Below, piece after piece: positions 24,579 to 29,812 of a stretch of DNA of 29,812 nt. The translations under genes and the position numbers were made by a program. Source of the DNA: a virus. Its lineage: Duplodnaviria; Caudoviricetes. A model generated the notes under the pieces. That model was not told the DNA's origin and did not search any database. It saw only the letters and a list, made by a program, of their open reading frames with translations. Numbering within the stretch: position 1 is the stretch's first letter; every line of letters starts with the position of its first letter. The stretch is from positions 1 to 29,812 of IMG/VR virus record IMGVR_UViG_3300017771_000067, one strand, 5' to 3'.

Positions 24579-25580
24579 TTACCCTTGACTTGTTACTTGA
24601 AACATATTTATGTTACCAAATTTATCTTGTAATTCTTGGTTAAACTTGTTTCTATCCCTAATAAATTGATCACCAGTTCTGTTCATATAGTCATTAGCAA
24701 AATCTACTATTTCTATTTGTCTTTGATACAATGCGTCTGCAGCAAAAAGAATATCCCTCATTGCTTGTTTTGTCATGTTAGGATTAGCAACCATGTTGTT
24801 TAAATAATCAACATCACTGGCACTAATTCCTACACCCAAACTTCCACCTAACTTGTTGAGAACATCGCTACGCATGTAAGTTATAAATTGTTCGTTGCTT
24901 GCGATTTCACTGTCAGGAACCATTCCAAGCCTATTTAATACTCTTTTACCAAGAACAACTAACTCATTGCCTGCTCCTGCATCAAAACTTGGGTCATTTA
25001 TAAGTTGAATTTGTTTTCGTGTGTTAAATTGGCTTCTTTTGGCTAGTTCACCTGCATCTAACAATGCGTCTGTAAATTTTAATCCTCTATCAACTAGCGC
25101 TTTATTTTCATAGTTTTGCTGTGTATTAATATTTGTTGTAGGTGCTGTGTTAGCAAAAATTTCTGCTTCTTCTGGTGATTTTCCTAAAACATTCTTTGCA
25201 TATTCGTACATTTGTATTTTAGCAGGTGTAGTAGTGCCAGTTCTGTTAAACTTTTCTCTAAAGTAAATCTTCATAGCGTCTGATGGTTGTAATGATCTAT
25301 TTTCTACTGCCATAAGAACTTGTGCTGCTACTTTATCGCCACTATCTGCACGTTGTTTTAAAGCTGTTAAAGTGTCTTGTCTTTGCCTGCTTTGCAAATC
25401 AAATGCAGTTTGTTTGTTTGCTTGTTCAACAATTTGATCACCTATACCATAACCTCTTAAAACAAGCGCATCTAAACCCTTACCAAATCTTTTTGCAGGG
25501 CTTAGTAATTGGTTAGGATCTTTTTGTGTTGCTTGATTAGCTTTGCCCATCAGCATGTCTAAGAAGTTGTAATTGCTCAT
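24579..25580 (-). CDS. Putative DNA ejection protein
   Basis: 333 aa, helical; G.GIS.SDV.YL...P motif; synteny. Confidence 0.6.
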   Translation of the reverse strand: MSNYNFLDMLMGKANQATQKDPNQLLSPAKRFGKGLDALVLRGYGIGDQIVEQANKQTAFDLQSRQRQDTLTALKQRADSGDKVAAQVLMAVENRSLQPSDAMKIYFREKFNRTGTTTPAKIQMYEYAKNVLGKSPEEAEIFANTAPTTNINTQQNYENKALVDRGLKFTDALLDAGELAKRSQFNTRKQIQLINDPSFDAGAGNELVVLGKRVLNRLGMVPDSEIASNEQFITYMRSDVLNKLGGSLGVGISASDVDYLNNMVANPNMTKQAMRDILFAADALYQRQIEIVDFANDYMNRTGDQFIRDRNKFNQELQDKFGNINMFQVTSQG

Positions 25581-25598
25581 TTTTTTGCCCTTATATCT

Positions 25599-26270
25599 TT
25601 ATGGCATCATCTGTGCGCCAAGTTGCAAATAATTAAAAAGGCCCGGCTGAAAGCTCTTAGTTTGCCCCGAAACGTCAGGGGTAGCGGATATGCCTGCAAG
25701 CAGTGTATTAAGGTTTTGCATAGGTTGGCCTGTGTATTGTCCGTATTGCTGTTTGCCTGCATTAATTAAGTTTTGCATCATTTGTTGCTGCATAGCGCCC
25801 TGTTGCATCTGTTGGTTTCCAATCGACTGTCCATAACCAAAAGACTGTCTGCCTAAATTTGCTAACTGATTTGCCGCCCCTAACTGTGCTGCTCTGTCAG
25901 CTTGGGAAGCTCCTAGCGCTGTATTAAAACCTTGTTGTCGTAATGCTCCAACTTTGTCTAATGCTTGTTGCTGATAACCTTTAGCCGCCTCTGACATTGC
26001 TATACCATGCCTAGAGCCACCAAACGCGTTTGCCGCAGTAGCTTGAGCATCAAGAGTATTCAAACCTATTTGTGCTGCGCCGCCAACATCACGCAATGTT
26101 TTATTGACAACAGATTGTTCATAGGGATTTGCATATGCACCCATGCCTTGCGCTGCCGTTTGATTTAAACCTTGCGCTGTCCTGTCCATTGCACCCATTT
26201 GAGCCATTGAAGCTTGGTTATATGGATTTGTTATAGGCTGAACCATATTTGGATTTGCTGAACCTGCCAT
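25599..26270 (-). CDS. Putative pilot/ejection protein (Gln/Ala/Gly-rich)
   Basis: Y.NPY...VV, AFGGSR.G, LRQQGF..A motifs; likely ATG at 26270. Confidence 0.7.
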   Translation of the reverse strand: MAGSANPNMVQPITNPYNQASMAQMGAMDRTAQGLNQTAAQGMGAYANPYEQSVVNKTLRDVGGAAQIGLNTLDAQATAANAFGGSRHGIAMSEAAKGYQQQALDKVGALRQQGFNTALGASQADRAAQLGAANQLANLGRQSFGYGQSIGNQQMQQGAMQQQMMQNLINAGKQQYGQYTGQPMQNLNTLLAGISATPDVSGQTKSFQPGLFNYLQLGAQMMP

Positions 26271-26271
26271 A

Positions 26272-26706
26272 TTATTTACCCCCTCTTCCACCTTGCATTT
26301 CTAATGCTACTGGTTGTCTATTAGGAACTCTACTACCAACGGTTCCTGTAACTGGATCAATACCAAAACTACTAATATAATCGGCTGTCGCAGGCGAATA
26401 TTCTGCTAAATTAGCTTTTGCTGCGTCATAAATTGGCGCTGATGAATACCCCATTGCACCACCATCTTGAACAGGTGTTGGCATATAGTTACCTGCACCA
26501 GTTCCCATTCCGAAAGCTGCAGCCGCATCTTGTGTGTTTTGAAAAGCTGCGTCTTGCATTGGGCTAAATGCTGCAACATCTGGCCCCCTATATTCCGCAT
26601 ATGGCCTTGCCGCTAAATCTTGAGACATTCCAATCGCTTGCTGCAATCCAGTCTCAAAAAATGCAGGCATTGTTCTGTCTGTATTTTCTCTGCCACCTTT
26701 AGCCAT
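26272..26706 (-). CDS. Putative virion protein of the ejection cluster
   Basis: 144 aa; MAKGG..., Y.GPDVAAFSPMQ.AA. Confidence 0.65.
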   Translation of the reverse strand: MAKGGRENTDRTMPAFFETGLQQAIGMSQDLAARPYAEYRGPDVAAFSPMQDAAFQNTQDAAAAFGMGTGAGNYMPTPVQDGGAMGYSSAPIYDAAKANLAEYSPATADYISSFGIDPVTGTVGSRVPNRQPVALEMQGGRGGK

Positions 26707-27085
26707 CGCTAAACTCCTTTAAAAAACTTACATGCTGCAATTTCCAATCTAAAGGTGCTAAAGGTTTTTTCCAACCTATGCGTCCAGACATTGTTGCCGC
26801 AGTACAGCCATGTTGTTTTGCCCATTCTTTTACATCATTGTCCATATCTAGTATTTGATCCAATTCGCCGCCTGCTAAGAATATGTTTAGCACCTTTTTT
26901 CTTGGATATATCACAATTTCTGTGACAATGCACCCCCTTGGCGCTGCCCATAATTGCATTGTGCCTTTTGCTATACTTTCTACAATATCATCAAAATGGT
27001 GTGTACCACCTGTATATTCCAAAGCCGCCTCTATCCAAGGGCGGCATTTCTCTAAATCATTTGACAATATTGTATCTTTAGGCAT
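26699..27085 (-). CDS. GNAT-fold-like tail/ejection assembly protein
   Basis: VTEI..YP.KK.L..FLAGG.L...WAK..GC.....GR.GW pattern; typical podovirus position. Confidence 0.65.
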   Translation of the reverse strand: MPKDTILSNDLEKCRPWIEAALEYTGGTHHFDDIVESIAKGTMQLWAAPRGCIVTEIVIYPRKKVLNIFLAGGELDQILDMDNDVKEWAKQHGCTAATMSGRIGWKKPLAPLDWKLQHVSFLKEFSDG

Positions 27086-27436
27086 TTACCATGTAGCCAA
27101 TGCTACCCTCTTCCAAATTACGCTACTTCCATCATAATCGGCAACACAAATATAAATGTAATTTGTATCCCATGCTATCATTCCAGTTACATCTCCTACG
27201 CTACCAGTATTTGCACTAGGCGTAGGTTGTTTAGTTGCGATCTGTCTAAAAGCATTATCGCTAGACACAACTGCATATTTTTTAGTTTGATCCCAAAGAA
27301 TAACGCCATTTTCTGATGGGTTATCATCTGCCGATTTGAAATATAATTTTCCTAAATTACGCTGTAAATAATTACTTAGCTGCCTACCCCATTGCGATAA
27401 ATCCTCACTTATAACAGGCAGAATAGGAGCAGGCAT
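27086..27436 (-). CDS. Small tail protein
   Basis: 116 aa; C-terminal G.IAWD.NYIY.C....WKRVAL.TW tail module. Confidence 0.65.
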   Translation of the reverse strand: MPAPILPVISEDLSQWGRQLSNYLQRNLGKLYFKSADDNPSENGVILWDQTKKYAVVSSDNAFRQIATKQPTPSANTGSVGDVTGMIAWDTNYIYICVADYDGSSVIWKRVALATW

Positions 27437-29325
27437 TAACGTGTACCCCCTATTGTAGCTTCAAGCCTCATTATACCTACACGCCAATCAGCAGGCTTAA
27501 CACCTGTTACCTTCATGCGTACTTGCCTACCACTAAACCTAGCATCTGTAGGATTGGCAGGCGTAAATGGACCATGTGATGTTTCCGTATCGTTAGGATG
27601 ATACCTTGTTTTAAAGGTCATACTTACGTCACCTTGCGTAACTTCGTCAGGAATAATTGACGTAACGTACATAATGTTTTCACCAGTGCCAGCCGATATT
27701 GGCCCTGTTTCTGCAAAAATAGCACCGCTATCCACGTTATAACCAACTTCGTGTTCTTTTATATTAGCGTGCGTGCCGTCATAATCTGCCATAAATGGGT
27801 ATCTGAACACGCCTCTAGCCTCGCCAGATGTTCTTGATAACTCACCAATCATCCAATGATTTTCGTTGTAATCATAAGCAACATAGCGATTTATTTCTAT
27901 ACTATCACTAGAGGGATAAAACCACCAAACTTCACCATATTGCGGTATGCCCATTGCCCATATTTTAGTTTGCTGAGAAGTGTTAATGTCGCCAAATATA
28001 TAATCATGCACATCGCACTTAATAGTTTGTACTGTGTTACCATTAAACAAAAAGAAGTTTTCCTGACCAATAAAGAACACGCCCCTATCAGTATCTACCG
28101 CACCACGCATCGTAACAGTTCCGCATGATGTACCAACACGCTCAAAGCCATAAACATAGGGTGGCCCTTGGTAACGTGCTGTGTGAGCATCCGTATCAGT
28201 TAAAATAAGTGTTTGGCCTCTTGTTCTTATAGCTTGCATAATTTGACCAGAAGTTTGTAACTCTATGTCGCCTGCCTCATTGGTAGCCGCAGGCGTCCAA
28301 GCGTTTCTATCTTCTCTGTCGCACCAAGATATTTTACGGCTATTTCCACCAGAACCTAATGCAAAGATAAAACGCTCTTCAGTCACAATTAAGCCAAGAT
28401 TAGATAATGGTGCGCCAGTTATTGGTGTGGCTACTGTAGCTAGTTTTAGAGATGTTTCAGTTACATTTACGTTTTGCTCTGCATTAGTCGCAGGGTAAAT
28501 TTGTATTGTAATGCCAGTATCGTCTGTGTCGAACCTATAGAAACTATTGCCAATAGGTAAGGTTTCATCAAGTAAAACTGTCGTAGTTGTTGTGCCTAAG
28601 ACTTTAACCTTTAGTGATGGTATTGTTGACGCATCACTATCAGCATCAGGGTCAGTAACATTTATTGTGAAATGATATTTAGCACCGTTAGTTAAACCAG
28701 TTATAGCTTGCTGTAAATTAGCAGCCGTTGTGCCTGTCCACTTGGCCTCACCACCACTTATAGCCCAACCAGTTCCTAGCGTCCAATCTGTGCCTGCCGA
28801 AAAACTGTTATTAGTTATAAGCTCAGAGCCGCTTGAAACACCCAATCCCCACTCTAAAAGCCTACCATCATCATAATGGCAACCTACCATAAGTTCGCCA
28901 AAATTATCTAAACTCCAAAACGTAGCTGGCTCTGGAATGGCATTTGCAAGTTGCTGTCTTGGCGTACCCCAGAAACCAATACCGTATGGGCCTTTACCAT
29001 ACCCAGCAGATACAGCCGCATCTTTACGTCCAGTTGCTAAGTTTTGAGGTGTAATGTCGTAGCACAAGCCACCACCTGTCATAGCAACCAATGCACTATG
29101 TGAGCCACCCACCAACCAAGTGCTAGTATTTAAAGCTTCCCAAGCGTGCATACCTCTAACTGGTTGTGTGGTAAAATCTTGCTTTCTATCTTGCCAACCA
29201 CCAATAGGACGCAATGAACCGTCTAACCATCTGACTAAGCTACCTTCGCGCCATCTGCCAGATTGCTCATAATCTGTGCCTATTCGGTAAAATCCAGATG
29301 GTATGTCCAAAGGTACTAAAGTCAT
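27436..29325 (-). CDS. Tail nozzle/hub (P22 gp10-like) with an inserted beta-sandwich domain
   Basis: 629 aa, beta-rich; WSLDNFGE, WCDRED...W....N.AG, EVWWFYP, RFSGRQ..M...WR.G motifs. Confidence 0.75.
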   Translation of the reverse strand: MTLVPLDIPSGFYRIGTDYEQSGRWREGSLVRWLDGSLRPIGGWQDRKQDFTTQPVRGMHAWEALNTSTWLVGGSHSALVAMTGGGLCYDITPQNLATGRKDAAVSAGYGKGPYGIGFWGTPRQQLANAIPEPATFWSLDNFGELMVGCHYDDGRLLEWGLGVSSGSELITNNSFSAGTDWTLGTGWAISGGEAKWTGTTAANLQQAITGLTNGAKYHFTINVTDPDADSDASTIPSLKVKVLGTTTTTVLLDETLPIGNSFYRFDTDDTGITIQIYPATNAEQNVNVTETSLKLATVATPITGAPLSNLGLIVTEERFIFALGSGGNSRKISWCDREDRNAWTPAATNEAGDIELQTSGQIMQAIRTRGQTLILTDTDAHTARYQGPPYVYGFERVGTSCGTVTMRGAVDTDRGVFFIGQENFFLFNGNTVQTIKCDVHDYIFGDINTSQQTKIWAMGIPQYGEVWWFYPSSDSIEINRYVAYDYNENHWMIGELSRTSGEARGVFRYPFMADYDGTHANIKEHEVGYNVDSGAIFAETGPISAGTGENIMYVTSIIPDEVTQGDVSMTFKTRYHPNDTETSHGPFTPANPTDARFSGRQVRMKVTGVKPADWRVGIMRLEATIGGTR

Positions 29326-29326
29326 A

Positions 29327-29812
29327 TTAAGCCAATTTCATTATATACGCCAAAGCATAGTAAGGTGGTCTGTTTTCGTGAGCGCCACCACCGCCTGCGT
29401 TATCAACAGATAATGTGTGAGTATGTGCGCCGCCACTAGCAATGGTTACAGTGTGAGAGTGTGACCCTGCCGAACCTGTTGTTTTAGTTTGTAAGCCGTT
29501 TGGGTTCCAAGTTGTAGCATTAAAGTCGATGTCTATGCCCGGACTTAGTGCGCTTTGTAAGACATAACTATCAGTGTAACTATGCGTGTGCGACCCTGCA
29601 CTGTTTGTCGTTCCAGTGTGCGTGTGTGCGCCACCGCTTGCAGCCGTACCTGTGTGGCTGTGGGCAGGAATATCGCCAGTTGCTAGTGTAACTGTATTTG
29701 CACCGCCACTGTTTCCAACATTGTAAGTTCCACTGCTATCAGCGTCAGCCATAACGATAAACTTACCTGTTAAGTTAGGTGTGCCGTTTGAACCGTTACA
29801 TAATGCCCAACC
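29327..29812 (-). CDS. Tail fibre with collar domain and HxH needle (start lies beyond the right edge)
   Basis: Frame open to 29812: GWALCNGSNGTPNLTGKFIV...; five HxH repeats; ends HENRPPYYALAYIMK. Confidence 0.88.
   Translation of the reverse strand, partial: GWALCNGSNGTPNLTGKFIVMADADSSGTYNVGNSGGANTVTLATGDIPAHSHTGTAASGGAHTHTGTTNSAGSHTHSYTDSYVLQSALSPGIDIDFNATTWNPNGLQTKTTGSAGSHSHTVTIASGGAHTHTLSVDNAGGGGAHENRPPYYALAYIMKLA

Noticed and set aside
1410-28498. Many 60-112 aa opposite-strand or alternate-frame ORFs inside large genes (e.g. 1410, 6417, 8656, 11715, 18832, 22197, 27856)
   Set aside because: They lie within well-supported genes and show no recognisable motifs.
1-29812. Terminal repeats, tRNAs, integrase/att site, reverse transcriptase or DGR
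   Set aside because: The window ends share no sequence, and no such motifs or template/variable repeat pair were seen by eye.

Overview
The window is most of a small, AT-rich tailed dsDNA phage genome (podovirus-like), cut inside a tail-fibre gene at each end. Minus strand, right arm: tail collar/needle, nozzle, GNAT-like protein, four ejection-type proteins, portal, scaffold, major capsid, then the lysis block (holin, amidase). Minus strand, left arm: Cro-like HTH, lambda-O-like initiator with internal iterons, TerS, TerL, small Lys-rich proteins, an ADP-ribosyltransferase-like protein, a 1090-aa protein, adaptor and tail fibre. Plus strand (about 9.97-15.6 kb): three promoter-driven early operons (SSAP-like, SSB, DUF1367-like, nucleases, many small unknowns), interrupted by an inverted rusA. 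No integrase, polymerase, tRNA or CRISPR array was seen. Apparent GANTC scarcity suggests an alphaproteobacterial host. The most novel signal is a candidate RNA regulatory network. Two minus-strand hairpin RNAs (8375-8463 and 15629-15691) display C/U-rich loops complementary to the GGAAAA(AA)GGA ribosome-binding leaders of the early operons. A third, about 80-nt antisense RNA with its own promoter and terminator (about 9621-9700) covers the initiator RBS. A GTATC-N6-GATAC palindrome also sits in two early promoters. All family assignments come from motif recognition by eye; no database searches were run.
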